A stretch of 64,000 nucleotides of DNA from Hemiscyllium ocellatum (GCF_020745735.1 NC_083409.1:24014048-24078047), one strand, 5' to 3'. Numbered from the stretch's first letter, positions 1 to 12,029 are shown. A program made the numbers and translations. Notes: generated by a model from the sequence alone, not told the origin.

Positions 1-496
1 ATCTGCTCCCCCTAGCACACGAGGAGACCATTCAGCCCATCATGTCTGTGAGTGATCCAATTAATCCCACTGCCCCTCCCTCTCCCCATAACCCAGTAAA
101 TCGTTCCTTTTCAGCTCAATCTCTAGTTGCCTCTTGTAGACCAGCAGAGCCTGTCCCTAACCTGGGCTCCAAATTGGCATCTCAGTCATTCACCGGGAGA
201 CAAACTGCCTGGGCTGGGAAATGGAGCTCAGGACCCTGAACATTCTCTCTCCCCTCCTGAGGGACACTTGATGATGAGGGATAGTTCCAAGGAGCCCTAC
301 AGTACACACTTCCCCATTCTGTGTGTAAAAGGCTGGAGCCTGCCAGCAGGATATTCAACTGCAGGAGCTATCATCTGTTTAATCAGTTCTGACCACCCCC
401 ATTCTCCATAACCCTTCTAATCATTATTGATGGACAATCTCCTCCTTGTTGTGAGACAGGGAAGGGACTAGTCTGTTGCAGACAATTTGGAATTTA

Positions 497-2311
497 CAGA
501 GCAAAGGTTGAGGAAGATCCAAAGGGACATTACAAATACATTAAGGACAAAAGGGTAACTAGGGAGAGATTAGGGCTGCTCAAAGATCAGCTCAGTGGCC
601 TTTGTTTGGAGCCGCAGGAGATGGGGGAGATACTGAGCAAGTATTTTGTGGAAAAGGAAATGGGTGATATAGAATGGAGGGAAATAGATGGTGACGCCTT
701 GGAAAATGTCCATATATCAGTGGAGGAAGTGCTGGATGTCTTGAAACGCATAAAAATGGATAAATCCTCAGGATCTGATCAGGTGTCCTGTAGAACTCTG
801 TGGGAAGCTAGAGAAGTGATTGCTGGGCCTCTTGCTGAGATATTTGTATCATCAATAGTCACAGGTGAGGTTCTGGAAGTCTGGAAGTTGGCTAATGTGG
901 TGCCACTGTTTAAGAAAGGTGTTAAGGACAAGCCAGGGAACTATAGACGAGTGAGCCTGACGTCTTGGTGGGCAAGTTGTTGGAGGGAATTCTGAAGGAC
1001 TGGATGTTCATGTATTTGGAAAGGCAAGGACTGATTAGGGATCGTCAACATGGCTTTCTGCCTGGAAAATCATGTCTCACAAACTTGATTGAGTTTTTTG
1101 AAAAAATAACAAAGAGGATTGATGAGGGCAGAATGGTAGATGGGATCTATATGGATTTCAGTAAGGTGTTCAACAAGATTCCCCATGGGAGACTGGTTAG
1201 CAAGGCAAGATCTCACCGAATACAGGGAGAAATGGCCATTTGGATACAGAAATGGCTCAAAAGTAGAAGACAGAGGGTGGTGTTGGAGGGTTGTTTTGCA
1301 GATTGGAGACCTGTGACCAGTGGAGTGCCACAAAGATCATTGCTACATTTCATCAGTTATATAAATGATTTGGATGTGTGCTAAAGAGGTAGAGTTAGTA
1401 AGTTTTCAGATAACACCAAAATTGGAGGTGTAGTGGACAGCGAAGAAGGTTATCTCAGATTATAATGGGATCTTGATCAGATGAGCCAATGGGCTGAGGA
1501 GTGGCAGATGGAATTTGATTTAGATAAATGCTACATTTTCGGAAAGCAAATCTTAGCAGGACTTATACACTTAATGGTAAAGTCCTAGGGAGTTTTGCTG
1601 AACAAAGAGACCTTGGAGTGCAGGTTCATAGCTCCTTGAAAGTAGATTCGCAGGTAGATAGGATAGTGAAGAAGGCATTTGGTATGCTTCCCTTTCTTGT
1701 TCAGAGTATTGAGAGCAGGAGTTGGGAGGTCATGTTGTGGCTGAACAGGACATTGCTTAGACCAAGTTTGGAATATTCTGTGCAATTCTGGTTTCCTTCC
1801 TTTCAGAAGGATGTTGTAAAACTTGAAAAGGTTGAGAAAAGATTTCAAAGGATGTTGCCAGGTTTGGAGGATTTGAGCTACAGGAAGAGGTTGAATAGGC
1901 TAGGGCTGTTTCCCTTGGAACGTTGTAGGCTGAGGAATGGCCTTTTGGGGGTTTAAAAAATCATGAGGGGCATAGGGTAGATAGACAAAGTCTTTTCCCT
2001 GGGGTAGGGGAGTCCAGAACTAGCTTATGTTTAGGGTGAGAGGGGAAAGATATAAAAGAGTATTGAGGGGCAACTTTTTTACGCATCGGGTGGTACGTCT
2101 ATGGAATGGGCTGCCAGAGGAAATGGTGGAGGCTGGTACAATTACAACATTTAAAAGATATCTGGATGGGCATATGAATAGGAAGCGTTTGGAGGGATAT
2201 GGGCCGGGTGCTGGCAGGTGGGACGGGATTCGGTTGGGATATTTGGTCGGCATGGATGGGTTAGACCAAAGGGTCTGTTTCCGTGTTGTATATCTCTCTG
2301 ACTCTATGACT
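497..2311 (+). mobile_element. CR1-clade LINE, decayed ORF2 (reverse transcriptase) and 3' tail
   Basis: ORFs 606-995, 965-1384 and 1528-1956 give CR1 RT motifs in shifted frames (ANVVPLFKKG..PGNYR, QHGF..GKSCLTNLIEFF, YMDFSK.F.KIPH, SGVPQ). The copy ends in a ctctgactctatgact tail. Boundaries approximate. Confidence 0.9.
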
Positions 2312-2689
2312 TTAAGCTGGGAGAGTTTGGATATGGGATGAGCAGGAATAAAGGTTTCTGTGGTCAAGGGGCTGATGTCGTGCATAGACGATCAATCTTG
2401 TGGAGATTGAAATAGAAGACCTCGTGATGGAGAGGATGTGGGGTTTGAAGTTCCAATATGGAGGGTCCAGTGGGAAAGAGGCCCGTGCTCACTGCTGTCC
2501 TTTGGAAATTCCAGTGGGATGGAGGCCCATGGTTACTGATCCCTGTTGGATGGCCCAGTGGGAATGAGGTCCAGGTTTATTGGCGTCTGTTGGAGAGTCC
2601 AGATGGAAGGAGGCACATGTTTACTGATCTCTGTTGGAGGTTCCAATTGAGTCCGATGGAATTGGAATGTTGGCATTTCTTACAGCAAT

Positions 2690-3060
2690 TGGAATCTTGG
2701 TATTTATTATAAAAGGACTGGATTACAGAATTAAGGAAATATTGTTACAATTCTGTGAGGTATTGGTGAGACCACATCTGAAGTATCGTGTTAAGTTTTG
2801 GTCTCCTTACTTGATGAAGGAGATGGTGGCACTGGATGCAGTTCAGAGGATGTTCACCAGACTGATTCCCGGGATGAAAGGGCTGTCGTATGAGGAATAG
2901 TTGAATAGCTTAGGCTTATACTCACTGGAATTCAGTCACATGACGGGGGACCTGAGAGAGGTAAATAAGATGCCAAAGGGGACTGATAAGTCAGACATGG
3001 AACAGATGTCCCTCCTGTGGGACAGTCTCGAACAATAGGTCATAGATATAGAGTGGGTGA
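2690..3060 (+). mobile_element. CR1 LINE 3' fragment
   Basis: Translates to LVRPHLKYRVKFWSPY..QRMFTRLIPGMKGLSYEE, the CR1 ORF2 C-terminal region. Confidence 0.8.
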
Positions 3061-3096
3061 GGTAGGATCAAAACTGCGATGAGGATAAACTACCAT

Positions 3097-3385
3097 GGCA
3101 TGGTGGTGCAGTGTTATCATGACTGCCTCACAGTTCAGGGACCTGGGTTTGATCCTATCCTTGGGCAGCTGCTCCCACAGTTGAAAGATGTATGTACTAG
3201 GAGGATTGACTATGCTAAATTTCCCATTGTGTTCAGGGATGTGTAGGTTAGGTTCATTAATCATGGGAAATGTAGGGTTACAGGGAAAGGGTAAGGGGTT
3301 GGGTCTGGGTGGAATGCTCTTTGAAGGGCAGCTATGGACTTTTTGGGCCAAATGACCTGCTTCCATACTGAAGGGATTCTGTTCA
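3097..3385 (+). mobile_element. HE1-like tRNA-derived shark SINE (degenerate)
   Basis: tRNA-like head (ggcatggtggtgcagtg..gggacctgggtttgatcc). Body and tail align with the better-preserved copies at 32754 and 38297. Confidence 0.7.
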
Positions 3386-3609
3386 ATTGTAACGCGTTCT
3401 CTTAGAGGGTTGAGAATCTGTGGAAGTCACTGCCCCCAGAGCACAGTGGAGGCAAAGTCAATCAACAGATTCAATAATGAAACAGATATCTTTCTGATGA
3501 AAAGCAGGATAGAGGGCAATAGGGAGCAGTCTGGAAAGTGGAGATGAGGATAAGATCAGGCAAGATCAGGGCTCGAAGGACTGAATTATCTCTTCCTGAT
3601 CCTCATTTC

Positions 3610-4400
3610 AAAGTTGGAGGGAAGGAAGCTGAGAGTGTGATAGGTAGATGGAGGTATGGGTAATGGTGATAAGTCGGAGAGGAGGGTGGAGAGGAGGGTG
3701 GGATGGAAGATTGACAGATGGGACTGGTCATGAGGGGACAGATGGGACAGTGCCGAGTTGAAAGGTTGAAACTGGGATAAGATGGGGAGAGGGGAAACAA
3801 GGAACCTGGTGAAATTCACATTGATGCCGTGGGGTTGGAGGGTCCTGAGGCGGAAGCTGAGGTGTTCTTCCTCCAGGTGTCGGGTGGCTAGGAAGTGGTG
3901 ATGTAGGAGGCCCATGACCTACATGTCCTTGGCAGAGTGGGAGGCAGAGTTGACATGTTTGGCCAGGGGGCGGTGAGGTTGGTTGGTGCGAGTGTCCCGG
4001 AGATGTTCTCTGAAACATTCTGCTGGTAGACATCCTGTCTCCTCAATGTAGAAGAGACCGCATTGGGAGCAATGCATACAATAAATGACACATGTGGAAG
4101 TTCAGGCGAAACTTTGATGGATGTGGATGGCTCCTTTGAAGTTTTGGACAGAGGTGAGGGGGAGTTATGGGCTCAGGTTCCTGTGGTGGCAGGGGAAGGT
4201 GCCGGCTGGGGACAGTGGATTGGTGGTGGGTGGTGTGGACCTGATGAGGGAGTCACGGAGGGAATGGTCTTTATGGATAGGGATGGGAAGGGAAATATAT
4301 CTCTGTTTCTGGAGTCTGTTAATAGGTGGCGGAAATATCGGAGGATGATGCAATGTATACGAAGGTCGGTGGGGTGGAACATGAGGACCAGGAGGGTTCT
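3610..4400 (-). mobile_element. Penelope-like element fragment (GIY-YIG end)
   Basis: The reverse complement aligns with the 3' part of the PLE at 32300-35063. It shows a frameshifted IYCI.C..CG..YI.ET GIY-YIG motif near 4040-4100. Confidence 0.7.
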
Positions 4401-4805
4401 GCTCTTGACAGTAAAACTGGAGCTTGACCCTGGAAGGGGGAGGAGAGGAGAAGGTATTGGAACATGTTGTGAATGGACAGGATGGGTCATTGGGTCAGAA
4501 CCTGTCCTGTCCCTCCAGCTCACACTGATGGCCTGAGGATCTCCTCTCTCTGCTGGGCCTTCATGGAATGAGGTTTGTGTCCAAACCAGTCCCCAATGAG
4601 AATAGGCCAACAGCACAGAACTGCCCTTCATTTGGCAAGAATATGTCTGTCTTCCTGAGAGATACCAAAGCCTGGTCAATGTGGGAAATGGGACCTTCCA
4701 TCAGGAGAAGACATGCTTCTGGGGTCAAGGGTTAACATCTATTGGTGGGACAGAGCAGAGGGAGATTTACCCTGTATTTAACTGTTACCACCTGGGATGT
4801 TGTAG

Positions 4806-5130
4806 GAAAGAAAGAGAGAGAGGGAGATAGAGTAAGACAGAGAGAGAAAGAGAGAGAGGGAGAGGGTCAGTTGGAGAGAGAGAGAGTGAAGGACAGGGTG
4901 TGAATGAGAGCGAGAGGTAGAGTGAGTCTGAGGAAATGTAAGATAAGCAAAGGTAGAGAGAGAGGGAGAGAGAGTTAGAGGAAGGTAGAGATGGTGGGTT
5001 TGAATAATAGAGAGAGAGAGAGAGAGAGAAACAGAGAGAGAGAGTGAGATACAGTATGAAACAGTGTGACTGAGGGAGAGGAGAGAGAGAGAGAGAGAGA
5101 GAAAGAGAATCTGGTGAATGAGAGAGAGTG
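4806..5130. repeat. GA-rich simple repeat
   Basis: Imperfect (GA)n runs seen directly. Confidence 0.9.
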
Positions 5131-5149
5131 AGACTGGTTCTGGTCACCA

Positions 5150-5400
5150 CATAATGAGAAGGATATGACTGTACTCGAGAGGATGCAGAGATTTCCCAGG
5201 ATGCTGCCTGGCCTGGAGCGTCTGAGCTATGAGGAAAGATTGGAAAGGATGGGATTGTTTATATTGGAGCAGTGAAGGTTGAGAGGTGACCTAATAAAGA
5301 GCTACAAGATTATGAGGGGCAGAGATAGAGTTCACAGGAAGGCAATTTTTCCATAAGTAGAGGAATCAATACCCAGGGGCAGAGATTGAAGATAACACAG
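5150..5400 (+). mobile_element. CR1 LINE 3' fragment
   Basis: Translates to the RVQRRF.RMLPGLERLSYEERLERMGLF-type CR1 C-terminus. Confidence 0.75.
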
Positions 5401-5439
5401 ACATACAAAGATAGAAACAGGGAGCAGGAGTAATGTTCT

Positions 5440-5716
5440 GGTTAGGGTACGGGTTAGGTTATGGGTTAAGGTTTGGGTTTGGGTTAGGGTATGGGTTAGG
5501 TTTAGGGTTAGGGTTCAGGTTGGGGTTCGGCTTAGGGTTTGGGTTTGGGTGAGGGTTAGGGTTAGGGTTGGGGTTTGAGTTAGGGTTAGGGTTAGCGTTC
5601 AGTTTCGGGTTCAGGTTAGGGTTGGGGTTGGGTTTGGAGTTTGGGTTTGGGTTTGGGTTAGGGTTAGGGTTAGGGTTAGTGTTCGGGTTAGGGTTCGGGT
5701 TTGGGTTTGTGTTTGG
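5440..5716 (+). repeat. Degenerate telomere-like (TTAGGG)n interstitial tract
   Basis: About 275 bp of hexamers (TTAGGG, TTTGGG, TTCGGG, TTGGGG, TTCAGG) with short runs of perfect TTAGGG, e.g. around 5655-5680. Confidence 0.9.
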
Positions 5717-5844
5717 TGCTGTGAGGCTGCTCTGTCATTCAATATGATCCTGGCTGATCCTCTCCCTCAATGCCAAGGTGGGATTAGTGTTGATGACTTG
5801 TACAAGTTGTTAAATGTTGTTCATGTCATTGAGCTTCTGATTGA

Positions 5845-5877
5845 GAGATAGAGAGACAAAAGACAGCGAGAGAGGGA

Positions 5878-5909
<32 letters not shown>

Positions 5910-6300
5910 ACAAGTGCACATTGTGAGATTGATTGAGGGTGAGGCATTTAGTTGCTGCCCCAGGACTCAGTGTTCCAATGTGTCTGCTATAGAGATCAGT
6001 TAGAGAGTGACTGGAGGGAGAGAGACAAAGACAGAGTGAGACAATGAGAGATTGAGGGGACGAGTGAGGAAACAGGTAGAAAGATAAGTGATGGAGAGGA
6101 ATGGATGATCAGAGAGAGAGAGAGAGAAAGACAGACCAACCAACACAGAAGGAAAGGGAGATCAAAAGAAAAAGAGGGAGTAAGTCAATGAACAACATGA
6201 TTATATTCAAGAGAAAGGTGAAAAAGAGATAGAAGGGAAAAGGGTGGGAAGAACTAGGGAAGGATGAGAGAGAGAGAGTAAAAACAGGAAGTGTGAGGGA
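5845..6300. repeat. GA-rich low-complexity region upstream of the V promoter
   Basis: (GA)n runs and a purine-rich + strand seen directly. Confidence 0.8.
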
Positions 6301-6325
6301 CTGATGTGTCTCTCTGCCTGATACC

Positions 6326-6333
6326 ATTTGCAT
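6326..6333 (+). promoter_or_regulatory. Ig octamer ATTTGCAT (light-chain orientation)
   Basis: Exact ATTTGCAT about 107 bp upstream of the leader ATG, the position and orientation typical of IgL V promoters. Confidence 0.9.
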
Positions 6334-6371
6334 ACTGAGGAACACCCAGTCAGACTCTCACAGGCTGCAGC

Positions 6372-6379
6372 TTTATAAA
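6372..6379 (+). promoter_or_regulatory. TATA-like box of the V promoter
   Basis: tttataaa lies between the octamer and the ATG at 6440. Confidence 0.65.
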
Positions 6380-6439
6380 GCAGAGCCCAGTGAAGGGAGA
6401 GTTTATCAGGAACCAGGCACAGGGACAGGAGCACACACC

Positions 6440-6488
6440 ATGATTTCACACATCCAGCTGATCTGGCCCCTGGCATTCTGTGTCGCAG
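6440..6488 (+). CDS. IGKV: Ig kappa-class (NS4-like) light-chain leader exon
   Basis: ATG-initiated MISHIQLIWPLAFCVA, followed by a phase-1 donor G|GTACAA at 6488/6489. It matches the shark NS4 leader as I recall it. Confidence 0.93.
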
Positions 6489-6674
6489 GTACAAATCTCT
6501 CTCCTTCCACCTTGAATCTTTCGCTGCTCTCCATTTCACTCCAATTCCACTGACTTGTGATTGAAGGGAAAATGTTGAAACCAGAGGAATGCTCAGTGTC
6601 TCCAACAATCTCTCATTTGACCGGCTCTTCCTGTGACAGTTCTGACTTCACTGTGTTTCTCTCTGACCCCTCAG

Positions 6675-6973
6675 GTATCAGTGGGGACATCATGACCCAG
6701 TCTCCCCCGGTGCTGTCAGTGGAACTGGGCCAGACTGCAAGCATCACCTGTAAATCCAGTCAGAGTGCCAGTGGTGATGTTGAATGGTTCCAGCAGCGGG
6801 AAGGACAGAAACCCTCTCTCCTGATCTACAATGCTGCAACTCGATTCACAGGAGTCTCCAGCAGATTCACAGGGACACAAGTGTCCAGCACACATTTCAC
6901 CCTGACAATCAGCAACGTTCAGAATGAGGATGTCGCTGATTATTACTGTCAGCAAAGTGAGAGCTGGCCTTGG
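6675..6973 (+). CDS. IGKV: Ig kappa-class V exon, germline (unrearranged), open
   Basis: Acceptor cccctcag|gt at 6674/6675. Translation [67 protein letters not shown]. Both Cys and the Trp of the V domain are present, there are no stops, and an RSS follows directly. Confidence 0.96.
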
Positions 6974-7001
6974 CACAGTGATACAGAGCCGTACAAAAAC
7001 C
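6974..7001 (+). promoter_or_regulatory. V recombination signal sequence, 12-bp spacer
   Basis: CACAGTG (6974-6980) + 12 nt + ACAAAAACC (6993-7001); heptamer and nonamer are both consensus. Confidence 0.97.
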
Positions 7002-7365
7002 TCGATACACCTCCTATACTGACACGTCCCACTGCTAGACATAATATATAATAATGGACACACAGTCCAACCTCCTGTACTGACACCTCCTACAATTATA
7101 CATATTTAATATATAATAGAGAACACACACACATACACCTCCTATATTGACAAGTCCACAGTTATAGATAAATGAAACTGAACAAATTACCCCATGCTGG
7201 GATTGTCACTGTCCACGACACACTCCAGTCCCTGTGGTGTCCACCGCTCACTGAAGGCCTTAAGTTTCCCTCTTACACTCCATGGTCACATGTGAAGAGC
7301 AACTGTAAGATTTAACATCAACATATAAAGTTCACAAACCTCCCAAACCCAGCTGGACTCAACAC

Positions 7366-7540
7366 AGAGAGAGAGAGAGAGAGAGAGAGAGTGTGTGTGT
7401 GTGTGTGAGAAAGAGAGAGAGAAAGAAACAGAATGAGAAAAAAACAGAAAAACAGGAATGACAAAGAGGCGAGAGTAAGTGAGAGACAGAGAGAGGGAGA
7501 CAGGGAGATAGTGAGAGTGAGAGTGACGGAGGGAAGCAGA
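7366..7540. repeat. (GA)n/(GT)n microsatellite and GA-rich tract before the J RSS
   Basis: Seen directly. Confidence 0.9.
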
Positions 7541-7547
7541 GAGCTGA

Positions 7548-7586
7548 GGATTTTGTACAGCCTCTGCACTGGGAGCTCTCACTGTG
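7548..7586 (-). promoter_or_regulatory. J recombination signal sequence, 23-bp spacer
   Basis: GGATTTTGT (7548-7556, one mismatch to GGTTTTTGT) + 23 nt + CACTGTG (7580-7586). Confidence 0.95.
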
Positions 7587-7621
7587 GCTTACGTTTGGTA
7601 AAGGAACCAAGCTCAGACTGA
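7587..7621 (+). CDS. IGKJ: Ig kappa-class J segment
   Basis: Encodes LTFGKGTKLRL(S) with the FGXG motif. Phase-1 donor A|GTAAGT at 7621/7622, in phase with the C exon. Confidence 0.95.
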
Positions 7622-8039
7622 GTAAGTAAACCCTTTCAATACAAAACTTTTTAAAACACAAATGCTGATTTGTTGAAGGTGTTAGTGGGGAGCTGCAGTG
7701 AATGAAATGGTTGATTGAGGAGCACTGTGTCTACCAGGGTGTCCAGCTGTAGTTCCATTGCCCCCTTTAAGCAACAAGACAGAAGTCAGTCAGTTTTACT
7801 CACCGTGTGGAGGAGCTCTGTCCATTTGCAGCCTGTGGTCCCTTTCCTGCAGCATGGAGTGAAATCAGTAAGTAACCTCCTGCCAGTCTCAGTGTGACGG
7901 ACTCAGGCAGAGCTTGATGTGAGCTCTGGCTCCCTGTCCCAGCCTCTGATCTCACTGACCTCAGTAGCAGCAGCAGCAGCAGCAGCACAGTGAGACACCG
8001 AGCTCCCACCTCCACCAGCTTTAACTCTGCTCAATCACA

Positions 8040-8500
8040 CAATCACAGAACTGTTATAGTGCACAAGGAGGCCATTCCACCCATCCTGTCTGGAACAGCT
8101 CTCTGAATGAGCAATTCACTGAGTGTCATTCTCCTGCCTTCTCCCTGTCACCCTGCACATTGTTCCTTTTCAAACAACAGTCTCATTCCCTTCGGAATGT
8201 TTCAATTGAAGCTGCCTCCACCACACTCTCAGGGAGTGCATTCCACACCTTAACCACTTGCTTCATGAAAATGTTTTTCCTTCTCTCACTTCTGCTTCTT
8301 CTATCAATTACTTTCAATCTGTGGCTCTTGCTCTCAATCCTTTAATGAGAGGGAACATTTTCTCCCTGTTTACTCTGTCCAGATCCCTCCTGACGTTGAA
8401 TTCCTCAAACAAATCTCCTCTCAGCCTTCTCTTCTCCAAGGAAGACAGTCTGAACTTCTCCAATATATTTTCATAACTGACGTTCCTCATCCCTGAGCCT
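8040..8500 (-). mobile_element. CR1 LINE 3' end
   Basis: Minus-strand ORF 8314-8505 reads SYENILEKFRLSSLEKRRLRGDL, followed by a CR1-type tail. Confidence 0.8.
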
Positions 8501-8689
8501 TCCATGGGAATTTTCTTTCACGCCATCCGCAAAATATTCACCTCCTTTGTGAAATATATACCTTTTTTATTCCCTGTAGTCCCATTTGCCTGCATTTGGC
8601 TCATTTCCTATCCCTTTTCTCTTCCCATGTACCTGTTCAAATGTCTTTTAAATGTTTTAATCATACTCGCCTCTCTGACTTTCTCTGGC

Positions 8690-9900
8690 AGTTCATTCAA
8701 TACCACTGTCTGCCTGAAAGAGGGATACCTCAGGTCGCTTTTGAATCTTTCCTCTTTCACTTTAAACCTCTGCCCACTAGGTTTGCACTAACCTACTGTG
8801 GGGAAAAGACTTTAGCTAGTCACCTTATCTATGCCCATTATGATTTTATAAATCTCTAAAATGTCACCCTGTATCCTCTGAGCTTCCAAGGAAAGTAGTC
8901 CTGCCTAACCAGCTTCTCCTTATAACTCCAACCCTCCAGTCTCGGTGACATCCTTGTCATCCTTTTTACACTCTTTCCAGTTGAATGCTATCCTTCCAAT
9001 AGCAGGGTGATTGGAAACGCGGCCTGACCAACATCTTGGGGAGCTGTAATGTCCCAACTCCCATACCCGATGTAGGCAATTGTACCAAATGCTTTCTTCA
9101 CCACCCTGTCTACACGTGACACCAGTTTCAATCCTCTATGTGCCTCCACCCCTTGGTCTCCCTGTTTGACAACACTCCCCATGGCCCCACAATTAACTGT
9201 GTTAGCCCTAGCCTGGTTTTTGTACCAAAATGCAACACCTTGCTATTATCTCAATGCATAATGTAAATGTACTCTCAAATAGCCTTCTTTACTGACCTTG
9301 AAACCGTCAATTTTGGTGTCATCTTCAAACTCACAAACTATACTTCCTACATTCTCATTCAATTTGTTTCTATAAATGACGAACAACGATGAACCCAGAC
9401 GCAATCCTTTCACCACACCGCTTGTCACAGGCTTCCGGTCAGAACAACAACCCTCTACCAACACACTCTGTCTCCAACCATCAAGTCAATTAATTAACTT
9501 GCTCTTCCTGGATCACATTTGATCTAACCTTACTAACCAGATGTCCATCCAGGAAATTGTCAAAGGCCTTGCTAAAGTCCATGTAGACAACGTCTACCAC
9601 TCTGCCCTCAGCTATCTTATTGGTCATGTCCTCAAAAAAATTTGTAAGACACATTTTCCCACTGACAAAGCCATGTGGACTATCCCTAATCAATCCTTGT
9701 CTTTCCAAATGCATTTAGATCCTGTCTATCAATTTCCCCTCCAACAACTTACCACGATCAGACTCACTGGTCTATAATTCCCTGTGTATTCCTTGCAGAC
9801 CTTATTAAATAACAGCTCAACATTAGCCACACCCCAGTCTTCCAGCACATCACCCGTGGCTGTTGATGATACAAACATCTCCACAAGGGGCATCACTGTC
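8690..9900 (-). mobile_element. CR1 LINE ORF2 RT region, decayed
   Basis: Minus-strand fragments LIRDSPHGFVSGKMCLTNFFE, VYMDFSKAFD and VTSGV..G..LG..LF.IY. Confidence 0.85.
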
Positions 9901-10379
9901 TCTTCCCAAGATTAATACAAAGTACTGGGATGGAGCTGATCAGTTCCTGGGATTTATCTATCTTTATGTGTTTAAAGAACAGATTACCGCACCTCTTCTT
10001 CTGGAGTATGGACTCTTCTCAAGACATCAACATTTATTTCCCGAATTTCCTTCACTTCCATGTCCTTCTCAACTGTAAATGCTGAAGCAAAATATTATGT
10101 TTGTAACTCATTCATATTCTGTTTTAAAATAAAATATGAAAAATGCTAAGAGTGAAACACTGGAGGTGATCCATGGGATACGATCCATGATCATGACTTT
10201 ATGCTGGATTGTCCGTTGTCCTTTTCCACTGTCCCCCTAAACCTTATGATACAATGATCACTCTTCCCTAAATGTCCTCTCACTGACACGTGCTCTACTT
10301 GGCTTTCCTCATTCCCAAGATCCAGTTGCTGACTCAGTTGATATTCTGACAAATAAAATCCTGTAATGTTTGCACCTCT

Positions 10380-10800
10380 CTGTAAATTCCTTGCAGGTTT
10401 GCTCCTCTACATCCTTCCCACTAGTCAGTGACCTACAGACTGCACTGAACAACCTGATTGCACCTTTTTGTTCCTTATCTCAAACCAAATCGATTCTGTA
10501 CTTGACACCTTTGAGACACCTTCTTTCTCCAGCTCTGCACCGATCTCCATAGACAATCCCACACCTCTCACCCTTTCCCCACTTTCTTGTCTTTCATGAA
10601 CCCCTTGCATCCAGGAATATTTAACACCCAGTCCTCTCCTCATTTGAACCTCATCTGTTAGAGCAACAACATCAGGTTTCCACTTGATAATCTGTGTCTG
10701 TAACTCCCCAGTCTTATTCCCACACTCCGTGCAGTCCCATGCATGCACAGCCAGCCAGATTTAGAATTTATTGCTGGCTCTCTCTCACTCTGACCCTGAC
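10380..10800 (-). mobile_element. CR1 LINE ORF2 N-terminal endonuclease remnant
   Basis: Minus-strand ..WKPDVVALTDE..TESIWFEIRNKK resembles the APE-type endonuclease of CR1 ORF2. Confidence 0.6.
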
Positions 10801-11179
10801 TAGGAAGTTACTACTCCTTACTCTGATGCGAACAATTTTTTTCCAGGGTTCTGCGTTCCTTGGTGTTCCTTCCTGATATTACGGCCTGGTTCCCACGGCC
10901 CTTCAATATTAATTTAAACCCTCTCCAACAGCACCAGCAAATCACCCCACGAGGAGCTCAATTCCTGCTATGTTCAGGAGCAACCCATCCTCTCCATAGA
11001 GGTTGCATCTCCCACCAAGTCATTCCCAAAGTCCCAAGAATCTAAAGCCCTCCCTCCTGGGCCACCTTTCCAGCCCCACATACACCTGTCTTATCCTCCT
11101 GTTCCTATCCTCACTTGCATTGGTCATGGGAGTAATCCAAAGATTCCTGTTTTTGAGTTCCTGTTCCGAATTTCCTCCC

Positions 11180-11800
11180 AAACTCCCTTAATTCTGACTG
11201 CAGGACCACATCCCTTTTCTCCCTCTGTCACTGGGACCGATGTGGACCATGACTGCTGCCTGTTCCCCCTCTCCCCTCAGGATGCTCTGCAGCCACTCAG
11301 TGACTTCCTTGACCCTGGCACCAGGGAGACAACACACCATCCTGGATTCCCATCTGCAGCTGCAGAAACACCTATCGATTGCCCTCACTCTCGAATCTCC
11401 TCCCACTATCGCTCTTCCAGTCTTCCTTTTGCCCCCCTGAGCAGCTGCCCCCCACCTTGGTGCCAGGGAGTTGGCTTTGGCTGCATTCCCCAGATGAACC
11501 ATCATTCTCATCAGGATTCCAAACTAAATCCTGGTTGGAGAGTGGGATACACTCAGGGGATTCCTGTACTAGCTGCCTGATCCTTTTGGACTGTCTGCTG
11601 CTCCCCCATTCCCTCTCTCCCTGCATACTCTGAAGCTGCAGAGTGACCACATCTAGAAACGTGCTCTCCACAGAGCTCTCAACCTCACGGACTCTCCGCA
11701 CTGACACCAGCTGCTGCTCAAGCTCCGAAAACAGAGCTCCAATTGCTGTCACTGACCACACATCCTGCTCTCATGGTATTCCACGAGCTCGGATAAAATT
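11180..11800 (-). mobile_element. CR1 LINE ORF1 remnant (SGNH esterase-like domain)
   Basis: RAIVGGDSRVRAIDR.FC....SRMVCCLPGARV..V...LQSILRGEGEQ..VMVHIG is the esterase motif known from CR1 ORF1. With 8690-10800 it forms a near full-length antisense CR1. Confidence 0.75.
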
Positions 11801-12029
11801 CTGAAGTTCCCACAAGGAATAGGATGCACACTTTCTCCACTCTTTGGTTGTCTCTTGGCAAAGTTCTGATGACAAACAGCTCCAGCACGGCTCACAATCC
11901 AGTGCCTACAGTGTTCTGGGGTTTTGCAGAGTCTCTTCAGCAGACATCAAAAAGGGCCATTCGCTCCATCAAGTCTGCTGTGCTGTTTGGTCATGTGTTT
12001 CTCAAGACCATTCTCCGGCCTCTTCCCAT

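Noticed and set aside
6557-7051. 164-aa ORF covering the V region
   Set aside because: It is the V exon read through from intron into the RSS; the real gene uses the leader at 6440 and splice sites.
7723-7992. Isolated heptamers CACTGTG (7723-7729) and CACAGTG (7986-7992) in the J-C intron, reminiscent of the mammalian kappa intron RS
   Set aside because: Neither has a nonamer at 12 or 23 nt, and I found no kappa-deleting-element-like 23-RSS downstream of C at the heptamers I checked. Heptamers this short occur by chance.
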